64,000 bases of DNA from contig JAWMAR010000108.1 of NCBI GenBank assembly GCA_036785375.1, positions 2,294,001 through 2,358,000 of the forward strand. Direction: 5' to 3'. The translations under genes and the position numbers were made by a program. A model generated the notes under the pieces. It was not told where the DNA came from and did not search any database. It saw only the letters and a program-made list of their open reading frames with translations. Of the stretch, positions 12,492 to 25,769 are shown one piece after another (the first letter of the stretch is position 1; each line of letters begins with the position of its first letter). The DNA is from Leucoraja ocellata. Lineage: Eukaryota.

Positions 12492-12936
12492 AGGGCCTGT
12501 CCCACGAGCGGCAAGCGCGACGTGGTCCCTTGAGCTGTACAGCCTCGCGGGGCCGGTCCCACTTCGATCGCCGGAGCCGTATGGAGTTGAGCGGAGCTGG
12601 TCCTGAAAAGCTGGGCTCCGAAAAACTGACCGTCTTCAAAAATTCCACGTGACATCGGCCTGCCGGCCCGCAGCCGCCTCGACGCCGTACGCAGCGTCTT
12701 GACACCGTACATCACGCGCGAACTTTCCGCGGACTTCGCTCAAACTTCACGTTACACAATCGACATCCACGCGGCCGCTGCTTCCGGTTTGGTCGCGCTC
12801 AGCGCATGCAGGCGCATGCTGGTGGGACCGGTCCTGTACAGGGATCACTCGACCTCCACGCGACCCCCGCGCGGCCCCCGCTTCCCGTTTGGTCGCGCTT
12901 GCCGCATGCAGGTCGCATGCTCGTGGGACAGGCCCT
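12492..12936. mobile_element. MITE family B (PIF/Harbinger-like), GC-rich
   Basis: TIR AGGGCCTGTCCCACGAG; perfect TAA TSD (12489-91, 12937-39). Removing it restores the CR1 sequence aggggTAActttttcacac. Confidence 0.9.
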
Positions 12937-14162
12937 TAACTTTTTCACACAAAGGGTGATGGGTGTATGGGTGCCAGAGGAGGTAGTTGAGACAGGGACT
13001 ATTGCAACGTTTAAAAAAACAATTGGACAGGTACATGGATAGGTCAGGTTTGGAGGGATGTGGGCCAAACGCAAGCAGGTGGGCCGTTGGTCAGTGTGGA
13101 CAAGTTGGGCCAAAGGGCCTGTTTCCATGCTTTATCCCTTTATGACTTGAATGGAATTGAGGATGAAGCCCAATAGTCGCACATGAGTGGTCAAAGTGAA
13201 TAAAGAAATCTTCAACGGTTTTTCTCCTGATTCAGATGCTGCACAATTCCCCACATATCCATCCCTCACTTGCCAACAAGCTCAATCTATCAGCACTCAT
13301 TCATATGTTTCACATATAATCCTCCCCACTTTGAACTGCAGCCAGCATCAAACTCACAGCTAGCAACCTGCAGCGTGGCAACTGTTCATCTAACAGGCGC
13401 ATCAGCCAAACTCATTGCACAACAACTAGTGGCATAACTTGCAGGAAAACATCACACTCAAACCAAGGCAACAGGGACTAACTGGTGAACAAAAAGAATG
13501 GGTGACGTTGAGACATCCTGACCCAAAACGTCACCCATCCTTTTTCTCCAGAGATGCTGCCTGACCTGCTGAGTATCTTCAGTATAAACCAGCATCTGCA
13601 GTTCCTTTCCACACAGGAACCAACGGAAGATTGAAAAATGCATCTCCATAATCTAATCCCCATTGGAGAGATGGTACCAGGGTCATGACTCAGTCCATGG
13701 TTACTGACAGGGCTGTATCTACTGAAACTGGGAGTATTTGTGTATCATTTCCCTGTCCCACCTCTCCACGATATTACAGGGCCTTTAGAATGCAAATTTG
13801 CTGATGGTCCAAGCAGATACTTCCACTTATCTGGGATTCCCTAAAACCCAATGACGTCTGGGAATCCCTACAAACCCCAGGTAGTCAACTTGCCAGGAAG
13901 ATGGGAGGGAGCCAGATGAAGATGCACGCAAATCACCAGATGACTGCACTGTCACGTCAGCTTTAGCCAGTGAGTGTAACCTCGAGGATTGTGTAGAGAG
14001 TATCATGGTTTGTACATCGAGTATGTGCACTGCAGTAGTCGTCCAAAGAGTGTGACTGCAGTCTGTAGTCTTCTCTGCTGCAGAAGACTTGAAAGCAGAG
14101 TTTGATAGGCGATATCACAGGAGAAGGGAACATTGGAAACTCTGCCATAGAGCTTGCGTTCA

Positions 14163-14987
14163 TTTGATTTGATTTGATTTGATTCCTTTATTGTCATTCA
14201 GACCTTTCGGTCTGAACGAAATTACGTTGCCTGCAGTCATACACAATAATAATAAATAACAACACATGCAATAAACACAAATTAACATCCACCACAGTGA
14301 GTTCACCAGGCACCTCCTCACTGTGATGGAGGCAAAAGTCTTAGTCTCTGTCTCTTCCCTCCTTGTTCTCCCTCTGCGCTGAGGTGACCCAGGCCGAAGA
14401 TGCCGCCCTCCAGTCCAGCGGACCTCCGTGGTGATGTCGCCGCTGCCGAAAGCCGGAACGCCGTCTCCGCTTCGAGTCGGCCCGCCACAGCCTCTCAGCT
14501 CCGAGTCCCGCTGCCTCAGCGAGTCGGGCCACCGTTGCATCAGTTCCGAGTCCTGCTGCAACAGCTCCGGGCCGCTGCATCAGCTCTGAGTCCCGCTGCA
14601 TTCGCTCCGAGTCCCGCTGCCGAAAGCTGGAACGCCACATCGGCGAGTCGGGCCGCCGCTTCCTCGGCCCCGAAGACGGCCAGCCTCGCGTTGTAAGTCC
14701 TGGCTGGCTCTGCCTCCGGAGCCTCGAGATCGGTTGCAGGTTGGAGACCGCAAGCTCTGCCATTAGGCCTAAACGCAGACGGAGGCAGAGAAGGGGTATA
14801 CGACAAGAAAGTCGCATTCCCCCAAAAGGAAGAGACAAAAAAACATGTTACACCCCTTCCCCCCCCCCCATAACACAACCTAATAAACTAAAATTTAGCT
14901 AAAACAAGACAAAAAAACAACAACAAAAAGTAAAAACAGACGGACTGCAGGCGAGCCGCAGCTGTTCAACAGCGCCGCCACTTCCAG
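14163..14987 (-). mobile_element. Non-autonomous GC-rich retroposon with (CAAAT)n tail
   Basis: Minus-strand head GGAAGTGGCGGCGCTG, CpG-rich body with internal ccgagtcccgctgc repeats, Rex1-like 3' end and microsatellite tail; no RT coding. Confidence 0.6.
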
Positions 14988-15239
14988 ATCATGGAGATTG
15001 GAGCGAGCGTGTGTCTGCATGTGGTACATCTGATCTGTTCGGATAGTTTGCAAAACAAAGCTTTTTACTGTACCTCGGTACATGTGACAATAATAATGAA
15101 CCTAAATCCTAACCTAAACTTTAGAAACTAGTTGTTGAGCTTATCCTTCCCTTCGGGGAACAGGTACCTATCTCAGCTCTGGAAATAACCACAACCTAGA
15201 GTCAAGTAGTCAATGTCCTTGCTTCCTTTATCGTACAGT

Positions 15240-15935
15240 GGGCAGCACTAAGTGGTGCAGTGGTGGAGTTGCTGCCTTACAGCGCCAGACACCCGGGTAA
15301 GATCCTGACCATGGGTGTTGCTTGTATGGAGTTTGTACGTTCTCCCTGTGACCGCGTGGGTTTGCTCCGGGTACTCCAGTTTCATAGAAACATACAAACA
15401 TACAAATATAGAAAATAGGTGCAGGAGTAGGCCATTCGGCCCGTCGAGCCTGCACCGCCATTCAATATGATCATGGCTGATCATCCAACTCAGTATCCTG
15501 TACCTGCCTTCTCTCCATACCCCCTGATCCCTTTAGCCACAAGGGCCACATCTAACTCCCTCTTAAATATAGCCAATGAACTGGCCTCAACTACATTCTG
15601 TGGCAGAGAGTTCCAGAGATTCACCACTCTCTGTGTGAAAAATGTTTTTCTTATCTCGGTCCTAAAGGATTTCCCCTTTATCCTTAAACTGTGGCCCCTT
15701 GTCCTGGACTTCCCCAACATCGGGAACAAACTTCCTGCATCTAGCCTGTCCAACCCCTTAAGGGGTTTCCTCCCATATTCAGAAGACGTACAGGTTTGTA
15801 GGTTAATTGGCTTGGGTAAAAATTGTAAATTGGCCCCAGTGTGTAGGGTAGTGCTGGTTTACGGGGTGATCGCTGGTCGGCGTGGACTCGGTGGGCCGAA
15901 GAGCCTATTTCTGTGCTGTATCTCTAAAGTCCAAA
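15240..15935 (+). mobile_element. HE1-like SINE with antisense CR1 insert (15384-15762)
   Basis: GTTTC duplicated at 15379-15383 and 15765-15769. Confidence 0.85.
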
Positions 15936-16185
15936 GTCTAAGACACAAGGTAAGGTCTGAGGGAGCTGAAACCCAGCTTGCAGCTCATACTTCTGGCTCT
16001 GGGCACCAACGTGCCAAGACGTTTCCAAGGCACTACAGCATTTCCACAAACCGACCCCGAACAGATAGTCTGTGTGTAAATATGGTATCCTGCTGACAGT
16101 CCCCTTCCTCCTTCCCTTCCTGCCAACTTGATATTCTCTGCTTGGCCTGGGCTCGGGGGGGCAGCATCTACGGAGAGAAGTAATT

Positions 16186-16220
16186 GGCGATGTTTCGGGT
16201 CGAGACCCTTCTTCAGACCC
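16186..16220 (-). ncRNA. Minimal hammerhead ribozyme motif (Penelope-type)
   Basis: Minus strand reads GGU CUGAAGA A GGGUCUCGACCC GAAA CAUC GCC; stem III palindrome broken. Confidence 0.55.
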
Positions 16221-16412
16221 AGCCAGATCCTATTATGGCCATTTTCATAAAGAGCAACGATATTTGCAGCAAAGCCTTGGAACAACCTGGATCTGAACAT
16301 TTCCATTTTCATTGTAGAAATGTGGCAACAAATATGGGCAGAGTACTGAATTCTCCAGTGTTCACAATGCAGTTTCCAATGAAAGGTCATCTGAGATAAT
16401 GTTGACTTGCTA

Positions 16413-16646
16413 TGCCCCTGTCCCACTTAGGAAACCCGAACGGAAACCTCTAGAGACTTTGTGCCCCACCCAAGGTTTCCGTGCGGTTCCCGGAGGTTCC
16501 CTACCTGCTTCCACTACCTGCAACCTCCGGCAACCACCTGCAACCTCCGGCAACTACCTGCAACCTCCGGGAACCGCACGGAACCCTTGGGTGGGGCGCA
16601 AAGTCTCCAGAGGTTTCTGTTCAGGTTTCCTAAATGGGACAGGGCA
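16413..16646. mobile_element. MITE family A, opposite orientation
   Basis: Same TIRs; flanks CTA/TTA. Confidence 0.85.
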
Positions 16647-16883
16647 TTACTCTCTTTACCTAGAAGTTGAACTCTCTCTGCCTTCAAAATATTCGAAGAC
16701 CCTGCCTTCACTGCCTTTGAGACCGAAAGGATTTTAAACTCATTATATTCTGAGAAAAAAACCCAAATCTCTCTCTTAATTACAACCACTTTTTTTTATA
16801 TAGTGACCCCTCCAGCTGTTGATTCTCGCACAAATGGAAACATCCTCTCCTGATCCATATTATGAAGACTCCTCACATCCTGA

Positions 16884-17533
16884 TATTAGCTTTCATTGCA
16901 AAAGGATTTGAGTATAGGAGCAGGGAGGTTCTACTGCAGTTGTACAGGGTCTTGGTGAGACCACACCTGGAGTATTGCGTACAGTTTTGGTCTCCAAATC
17001 TGAGGAAGGACATTATTGCCATAGAGGGAGTGCAGAGACGGTTCACCAGACTGATTCCTGGGATGTCAGGACTGTCTTATGAAGAAAGACTGGATAGACT
17101 TGGTTTATATTCTCTAGAATTTAGGAGATTGAGAGGGGATCTTATAGAAACCTACAAAATTCTTAAGGGGTTGGACAGGCTAGATGCAGGAAGATTGTTC
17201 CCGATGTTAGGGAAGTCCAGGACAAGGGGTCACAACTTAAGGATAAGGGGGAAATCCTTTAAAACCGAGATGAGAAGAACTTTTTTCACACAGAGAGTGG
17301 TGAATCTCTGGAATTCTCTGCCACAGAGGGTAGTTGAGGCCAGTTCATTGGCTATATTTAAGAGGGTGTTAGATGTGGCCCTTGTGGCTAAGGGGGTCAG
17401 GGGGTATGGAGAGAAGGCAGGTACGGGATACTGAGTTGGATGATCAGCCATGATCATATTGAATGGCGGTGCAGGCTCAAAGGGCCGAATGGCCTACTCC
17501 TGCACCTAATTTCTATGTTTCTATGTTTCTATG
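16884..17533 (+). mobile_element. Young CR1 3' fragment
   Basis: Open ORF2 C-terminal segment of about 180 aa; TGATAT at both ends; (TTCTATGT)3 tail. Confidence 0.9.
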
Positions 17534-17671
17534 ATATGTTTTAATCTTGTCAACACTCACCTTTAAATGCCAATGTATACAAGCCTGGCCTGTCCAACTT
17601 TCCCATCAGAGGTCAACATGCCCATTCCATGCATCAGCCTAGAGAACCTTTTTTGAACAGTTTCCAATGTA

Positions 17672-17915
17672 TTGAGTTGGAAGGAACAGCAGATGCTGGT
17701 TTACACTGAATTTAGACACCAAATAGTAACTTTAGTAACTCAGCAGGTCGGGCAGCATCTTGGGAGAAAAGGAATAGGTGACATTTCGGGTCAAAACCCT
17801 TCCTCAGACTGAAAGTCAGAGGGGAGAGAAACTAGAGGTATGAAAAGGTTTAGAACAAATCAGAGCCGGCACCAATGACCAAGGAAATGTGGAGCCCACA
17901 ATGGTCCATTGTTGT
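17672..17915 (-). mobile_element. Penelope pLTR fragment with degenerate hammerhead core
   Basis: gacatttcgggtcaaaacccttcctcagact near 17781-17810, plus flanking homology to 62300-62520. Confidence 0.7.
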
Positions 17916-18267
17916 CATTTTTAAAAATAAGGATACCAATACAATTCTCTGGGTGTGATCTCATCAATATCCCTTGCAATTAAAGCATAACCTCCCTATT
18001 ATTGTACTTAATTCCCCAAGTAACAAATTAGAACATTTTGTTAGCTTATTTAGTTACTTGCTCTACATGCATTCTTGTCTCTTGTGATTCATGTACTAGG
18101 TCACCAGGGATACCACAGCTCTGCATTCACTCACCATTCAGATTACATGCTTCATCTTTTCATTTTTCTTGCTAAAGTGGACACCTTCACAAATTCCTAC
18201 ATCATACTTAATTTGCCAAATCTTTGCCCACTCACTTAACCTGTCCTCCTGTAGTTTCCTTATTTTT

Positions 18268-18550
18268 TGTTTAGTTTAGAGATACAGCACGGAAACAGGC
18301 CCTTCAGCCCAACGAATCCATGCTAACCAGCGATTCCCGCACACTAGCAGTATCCTACACCCTAGGGACTTTTTTTACTATTCTTACCTAAGCCAAATTA
18401 ACCTACAAATCAGTATGTGTTTGGAGTGTGGGAGGAACCTAGAGCATCCAGGGGAAAACCCATATTGTCACGGGGAGAACGTACAGACAGCACCCGTAGT
18501 CATGATTGAACCCAGGTCTCTGGCGCTGTAAGGCAACAACTCTACCACTT
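18268..18550 (-). mobile_element. HE1-like SINE
   Basis: Head, V-type core and tail on the minus strand. Confidence 0.8.
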
Positions 18551-19069
18551 GCCCTCTTGCCCTCTTCACAAAATATTTCAAATCAAGTCAAGTCACAACA
18601 AGTTTATTGCCATATGCACGTTTGATGAAGTATGGATACAGTGAAAATCTTGCTTGCAGCTGCATCTCAGGCTCATAGGATCAGACGACACACACAAACA
18701 AATTATACATAAATTCCATATAAATTCCACAAGATAGTGAAAAGAAAAAGACTGTGCAAAAACAAGACATTAATGCAAATGACAGTTAGAAAACTAGTCC
18801 GTGGTAGTGCAAGAAGTGCTCCACGGAGCTGAGATAGGATTTGGGTTGTTCAGGTCGATTCAAGAAAGTGATGGTTGTACTAAAATAGCTGTTTCTGAAC
18901 CCAGTGATGTGAAACTTCAGACATGTGTACCTTCATAAGTTATAAGTGATAAGAGCAGAATTAGGCCATTTGGCCCATCATGCTTACTCCGCCATTCAAT
19001 CATGGCTGATCCACCTTTCCCTCTTAACCCCATTTTCCTGCCTTCTCCCCATAATCCCTAATGCCCTTA

Positions 19070-19434
19070 AGGGTCTGTCCCACGAGCATGCAACTCCATG
19101 CGGCAAGCGCAACTTAACGTGGTTGCTTGAGCCGTATGGCCTTGCGGGGCCGGTCCCACTTCGATCGCCGGAGCCGTATGGAGTTGTGCGGAGCTGGTCC
19201 CGACATCGCGCGGGGCTCCAAAAACTGACCGTGTTCAAAGATTCCGCGCGGCAACGGCCTGCCGGCCCACAGCCACTTCGACACCGTACGCACTGCCTCG
19301 ACGCCGTACATCACGCACGAACTTCCCACGGATTTCGCTCGAATTTCATGTCACTCACTCGACCTCCGTGCGGCCCCCGCTTCTGGTTTCGTCGCGCTTG
19401 CTGCATGGAGTCGCATGCTCGTGGGACAGGCTCT
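19070..19434. mobile_element. MITE family B
   Basis: TIRs; perfect TTA TSD (19067-69, 19435-37) inside an antisense CR1 3' end (about 18932-19740). Confidence 0.9.
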
Positions 19435-20838
19435 TTACTAATCAAGAATATATCTATCTCTGCCTTAAAAATATCCATTGACTTGGCCTCCACAACCTTC
19501 TGTGGCAATGAATTCCAATGAATGACTAAAGAAATTCCTCCTCATCTTCCAAAAGGAATGTCTATAAATTCTGAGGCTATGACCTCTAGTCCTAGCCTAT
19601 CCCGCTAGTGAAAACATCCGTTTCACATCCACTCTATCCAGGTCTTTCACTATTTGGTAAGTTTCAGAGGTCCCCCCTCATTCTTCCAAACTCTAACGCG
19701 AGTAGCAGTCCAATGCCATCACACGCTCATCGTATGTTATGATATGTTATGATACCTCCTGCCTGATGTTAGCAATAACCACCTATTCATCAGCAAAGAT
19801 AGTCACTAAACCTCAGGTACCTTCACCCGAGTCATAAATATAAATAGTGAAAAGCTGAACCCCCACCACAGTCAACCGTGAAAAAGATCCGTTTATGTCT
19901 ACACGCCTGTCCACCAGCCATTCTTCTATCTGCACCAACATGCTACCTCCAAACCCAGGAGCTTTTACTTTCTAGAAATGCATGATTAGGCATTTATGAT
20001 CAACCCAATTCATTTATCATCAGTTCTGAACATTTTCAAACTCTTCTTGAACAAAGGAGCATTTTTACGATTATTTTTGCGCTTATTCCGATTATTTTAA
20101 GATTCCGACGAAAAATGAATTCAGTTGGTCATGGTAATAATAAGCAAAGTTCTATAAAAGAGTCATGGAAGTTATAATTTACCCATCTTATTTGACTCCA
20201 GAAGGGTCTGTAATTAAATCATGCGAATGAATAATTTATAAATCCATGCTTTTGCTGTTCTATGATTCCTAAAGGTAATAAAGAAATATGAATCGTTCAT
20301 TTTCTCACAGCTTCAATATTGATGATCATTTTATTGATTTCTCCCCCATCTCTACATAATTTAAACATTATCTGACATGAACTTGCCATTCAAATTGCTG
20401 AACCCTGACAGTTCACATAATAATTTTGTAAGAATTATTTTCAGTAGTCAGCCACATTAAATCGTGATGATAACCATGCTGAAATAGTGGAGTCTAATGC
20501 AGTGAACAAGGTTCCATCATAAAGAATATGATTCATTAAAAAATCTTGTGTCAGTGCAGACGTCCTGTCAACTTCTCTCACGGAGAATGTCTGCATTCCA
20601 TTAATGATACAGCACATTCAAACGTGTCACATGTAATTATGTCCCCAGCACTTGAAGAGATGTACAAATGTGGACAAGGGAATTTATAATAAAATTATAA
20701 TAAGAAGAGAATCAACTGGATTGTGGCAGCATGCTTTGATCCAAAGTAAACCCCATTGCACAATCCCCAGTTCAATCCAAGGAACTAGCATCCAGCGTGC
20801 AAAACCATGCAAAATCAAAGTTCTGGAAACCACACAAA

Positions 20839-21625
20839 GGCGGCACAGTGGTGCAGCAGTAGAGTTGCAACGCATGCAGCGCTGGAGACCTGGGTTCGAT
20901 TCCAACTATGGGTCTGTCTGTACAGAGTGGTCTCCCCGTGACCACGTGGGCTTTAACATATAACCATATAACCATATAACAATCACAGCACGGAAACAGG
21001 CCATCTCGGCCCTTCTAGTCCGTGCCAAACACTTACTCTTGCCTAGTCCCATCTACCTGCACTCAGACCATAACCCTCCATTCCTTTCCCGTCCATATAC
21101 CTATCCAATTTATTTTTAAATGGTAAAATCGAACCTGCCTCCACCACTTCCACTGGAAGCTCATTCCACACCGCTACCACTCGCTGAGTAAAGAAGTTCC
21201 CCCTCATGTTACCCCTAAACTTTTGTCCCTTAATTCTCAAGTCATGTCCTCTTGTTTGAATCTTCCCTACTCTCAATGGAAAAAGCTTATCCATGTCAAC
21301 GCTGTCTATCCCTCTCATAATTTTAAAGACCTCTATCAAGTCCCCCCTTAACCTTCTGCGCTCCAAAGAATAAAGACCTATCTTGTTCAACCTTTCTCTG
21401 TAACTTAGGTGCTTTCCTCGTAGTAACTTTCCCCGAGATCTTTGGTTTCCTCCCACACTCCAAAGACGTACAGGTTTGCAGGTTAATTGGCTTGGTATAA
21501 TTGTAAATTGTCCCCAGTGTGTGTAGGACAGTGTTAATGTGCTGGGATCGCTGGCCGGTGCAGACTCGGTGGGCCGAATGGCCTGGTACCGCGCTGTATC
21601 TCTAAACTAAAGCTGAACTAAACTA
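20839..21625 (+). mobile_element. HE1-like SINE with antisense CR1 insert
   Basis: SINE halves at 20839-20954 and about 21428-21625. Confidence 0.8.
20956..21412 (-). mobile_element. CR1 subfamily 2, (ATATGGTT)n tail
   Basis: LSYRERLNKIGLYSLERRRLRGDLIEVFK...GRWD*. Confidence 0.88.
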
Positions 21626-21812
21626 ATCAACACGCATTGATGAGTGAACATCATGAGGCACAAATAAATTAAAATAGTAATTATTCCACAATGAACAAGG
21701 AAAGAGAAGCAGCCTTTTAGAAATTGTATTGAAATGGCCTTTATAATTTATCCATTAACATTATGTTTACTGAATTACATTGACTTCTAGTTTTAAAAAA
21801 ACACCTTGCCTT

Positions 21813-22025
21813 TAAAATTTGACACAAAGTGTTTGAGTAACTCAGCAGGTCTGGCATAATCGCTGGAGAACATGGACATGTGATATTTCTGGTTGGGACT
21901 CCAACCTGAAGAAGGGTCCTGATCCGAAACGTCACCTATCCATGTTCTCAGAGATGCTGCCTGACCCACTGAGTTACTCTAGCAGTCTGTATCTTTTTTT
22001 GTGAATCTGCAGTTCCTTGTTTCAA
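21813..22025. mobile_element. Palindromic Penelope-derived unit with hammerhead core
   Basis: Minus arm then plus arm; CTGAAGA at 21906-21912 and GAAACGTC at 21926-21933. Confidence 0.7.
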
Positions 22026-22683
22026 ATTCTCTTCCATGTTTTTAATTCTCACTATAGTCGCAGCTCTCCCCAATTCTATCAACTCCTCCTGCCCATTAAT
22101 CCAGTGAGGTGTCTGCTCTTCCAAATGTGGCCTGTTTGCTACTCCCTATTGGTACACTATTGACAATCCCTTCACCTTCCATGCCCTTAGCTCTAGAATT
22201 ACCTCCATAAATGTCTCTGCCTCCTGCTTTCTCCTTTCCGATTCCCCTTAAAATCCACCATTAGGAGCGTCCAGTTGTCGCCTTGTTTGAAAACATGCCT
22301 ACGAACGGGATATTTTCATCGTGGCAGGCTGCAACTAGTGGAATGCCTCAGGGATGGGTGTTGGATCTCTGCTGTTAATAATCCACATCAATCATTTAGA
22401 TCTTCTTCTTATCGAGTCCACACAAAAGATTAGAAGTTGTTCCGCCAGAGCTGAACACACCTCTCGGCATCTGCACAATGGTGCCTGTCTTGCGCTTCTT
22501 GTGCTTCTTGTGCGTGGTAGAGGAAAGATTGGTGGAAGCAGGGCCGCGACGCAAACGCTCTTTCCTTGACCCCAATAATTCACATGAAGTGTTGGGTTTA
22601 GGTTTAAGTTTATTATTGTCGCGTGTATTGAGGTACAGTGCAAAAGGTTTGTTTTGCATGCTGCCGAATCAGATCAGATAATA

Positions 22684-22842
22684 GTAGACACAGAGTGCTG
22701 GAGTAGCTCAGCAGGCCAGGCAGCATCTCAGGTGAACATGGATAAACAACTGTTAGGGCCGGGACTCTTCTTCAGACTGCTGAGATGCTGCCCAACCTGC
22801 TGAGCTACTCCACCACACTGAATCTGGAGTTCCTTGTTTCTA
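22684..22842. mobile_element. Palindromic Penelope-derived unit, 14-bp TSD
   Basis: CAGATCAGATAATA at 22670-22683 and 22843-22856. Confidence 0.8.
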
Positions 22843-22864
22843 CAGATCAGATAATACTATACAT

Positions 22865-23145
22865 AGGGTGGCACGGTGGCGCAGTGGTAGAGTTGCTGCC
22901 TTACAGTGCCAGAGACCCGGGTTTGATCCCAGCTACTGGTGCTGCCTACAGGGACTTTGTACATTCTCTCTGTGACCAGTGTGGGTTTTCTCAAGGATCT
23001 CCAGTTTCCTCCCTCACCCAAAGACATACAGGTGTGTCGGCTTCTTGGCTTGGTATAATTGTAAATTGTCCCTGGTGTGTGTAGGATAGTATAAGTGTAC
23101 GGGAAACGCTGGTCGACGCGAACTCGATGGGGCGAAGGGCCTGTT
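22865..23145 (+). mobile_element. HE1-like SINE
   Basis: Head tggcgcagtggtagag, V-type core, 3' end gggcgaagggcctgtt. Confidence 0.8.
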
Positions 23146-23192
23146 AATCTAATAAATATAACCAAGAATGTAATGGAATGATTATATTTTGT

Positions 23193-24893
23193 AATAGACA
23201 ATAGACAATAGGCGCAGGAGTAGGCCATTCGGCCCTTCGAGCCAGCACCGCCATTCAATGTGATCATGGCTGATCATCCACAATCAGTACCCCGTTCCTG
23301 CCTTCTCCCCATATCCCCTGACTCCACTATTTTTAAGAGCCCTATCTAGCTCTCTCTTGAAAGCATCCAAAGAACCTGCTTCCACTGCCCTCTGAGGCAG
23401 AGAATTCCACAGACTCACCACTCTCTGTGAGAAAAAGTGTTTCCTCGTCTCCGTTCTAAATGGCTTACTCCTTATTCTTAAGCTGTGGCCCCTGGTTCTG
23501 GACTCCCCCAACATCGGGAACATGTTTCTTGCCTCTAGCGTGTCCAAGCCCTTGCAATCTTATATGTTTCAATGAGATTACCTCTCATCCTTCTAAACTC
23601 TAGAGTGTACAAGCCCAGCTGCTCCATTCTCTCAGCATATGACAGTCCCGCCATCCCGGGAATTAACCTTGTAAACCTACGTTGCACTCCCTCAATAGCA
23701 AGAATGTCCTTCCTCAAATTAGGGGACTAAAGCTGCACACAATACTCCAGGTTTGGTCTCACTAAGGCTCTGTACAACTGCAGAAGGACCTCTTTGCACC
23801 TATAGAAACATAGAAACATAGAAATTAGGTGCAGGAGTAGGCCATTCGGCCCTTCGAGTCTGCACCGCCATTCAATATGATCATGGCTGATCATCCAACT
23901 CAGTATCCCGTACCTGCCTTCTCTCCATACCCCCTGATCCCCTTAGCCACAAGGGCCACATCTAACTCCCTCTTAAATATAGCCAATGAACTGGCCTCAA
24001 CTACCCTCTGTGGCAGAGAGTTCCAGAGATTCACCACTCTCTGTGTGAAAAAAGTTCTTCTCATCTCGGTTTTAAAGGATTTCCCCCTTATCCTTAAGCT
24101 GTGACCCCTTGTCCTGGACTTCCCTAACATCGGGAACAATCTTCCTGCATCTAGCCTGTCCAACCCCTTAAGAATTTTGTAAGTTTCTATAAGATCCCCT
24201 CTCAATCTCCTAAATTCTAGAGAGTATAAACCAAGTCTATCCAGTCTTTCTTCATAAGACAGTCCTGACATCCCAGGAATCAGTCTGGTGAACCGTCTCT
24301 GCACCCCCTCTATGGCAATAATGTCCTTCCTCAGATTTGGAGACCAAAACTGTACGCAATACTGCAGGTGTGGTCTCACCAAGACCCTGTACAACTGCAG
24401 TAGAACCTCCCTGCTCCTATACTCAAATCCTTTTGCAATGAAAGCTAACATACCATTCGCTTTCTTTACTGCCTGCTGCACCTGCATGCCTACCTTCAAT
24501 GACTGGTGTACCATGACACCCAGGTCTCGCTGCATCTCCCCAATTTCCCATTTGATTCCTCTTCTAATAAAGGCCAACATGCCATTCGCTTTCTTCACTA
24601 CCTGCTGTACCTGCATGCTTACTTTCATAGACTGATGTACAAAGACCCCCAGATCCCGTTGTACTTCCCCTTTTCACAACTTGACGCCATTTAGATAGTA
24701 ATCAGCCTTCCTGTTTTTGCTACCAAAGTGGATAACCTCACATTTATCCGCATTAAACTTCATCTGCCATGCATCTGCCCACTTACCCAACCTGTCCAAG
24801 TCACCCTGCATTCTCATAGCATCCTCCTCATAGTTCACACTGCCACCCAGCTTTGTGTCATCTGCAAATTTGCTAATGTTACTTTGAATCCCC
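23193..24893 (-). mobile_element. CR1 subfamily 3, (ATTGTCT)n tail, hosting a nested younger CR1
   Basis: ORF2 remnants at 23284-23800 and 24550-24893. Confidence 0.85.
23803..24550 (-). mobile_element. Young CR1 nested in CR1
   Basis: TTCTATGT tail at 23803; open ORF2 segment to about 24550. Confidence 0.9.
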
Positions 24894-25769
24894 TCATGTT
24901 TGATATAATGATGTACAGATAGGTTGGGAGGAAGAGATTAAGATTCTGCAAGGATTTTGGAAGGCAAAGAGTATATTTTGGTAGGATGGCTGGAAAAGCA
25001 GAATGTTATTTCAATGATGTGAAACTATTACCTGGTGTTATTCGGAGATAGATTGTGCATCTTTCTAGATGTAAATGACCATGCAGTTAGAGCAGGTGTT
25101 GGTTTGCTCATCACTTTCCCAGATGAATGAACTGCCCACAGCTTACAAGAAACTTGACAAACCATCCAGCTTGTTGGCATCCTATCAACCATCCAAAGCC
25201 AGGCTCTCGAGTCCTGGCAACATCCTAATAAATCTCCTCTGCACTTTCTGCAGCTTAATGACATCTTTCCTATAGCAGGGTGACCAAAACTGAACACAAT
25301 ACTCCAAATATAGCCTCAACGTGTCTTGTACAACTGTAACATCATGCCCCTGCTTCTCTACTCAATCCCCTGACTGATAAAAGCCAGCATGCCATAAGAC
25401 CCTTTCACTGCCCTATCTCTCTGTGAAGCCATTTGGGAATTATTTTCCTTGTATTCCGAGATCCCTCTGCTCCACAGCTCTCTCCGGGGCCTACTGCTCA
25501 CTGTGCTTTCTAGTAACTTTTTTATTCTGTGGCACTTATTGAAAACTCCTTTCAGGGGACATTAACTATGGAAGTGCAGAGGTTATCACAACTGTCTCAC
25601 AGTTCCAGAGGCCCAAGTTTAATTCTGTCCTCCTGAAAAATCTGCGAGGAGTTTACAAGTTCTTACTCACATTTTCCAAAGCTGCTTCTCTTGATCACTG
25701 CAAATTGCCTCAAACATAGCTGATTGATAAAAGAATCAAAAGGAGAAGCATGCAAGAGAGAATAGAGCG

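Noticed and set aside
11863-12705. 280-aa minus-strand ORF
   Set aside because: Spans two MITEs and CR1 debris; no coherent domain.
22395-22590. Possible RTE-type LINE 3' end with a GAA tail on the minus strand
   Set aside because: Too short, with no diagnostic protein motif for a confident call.
23900-24628. 242-aa ORF with a duplicated MQVQQ..KKANGMLAFI motif
   Set aside because: Created by one CR1 nested in frame within another.
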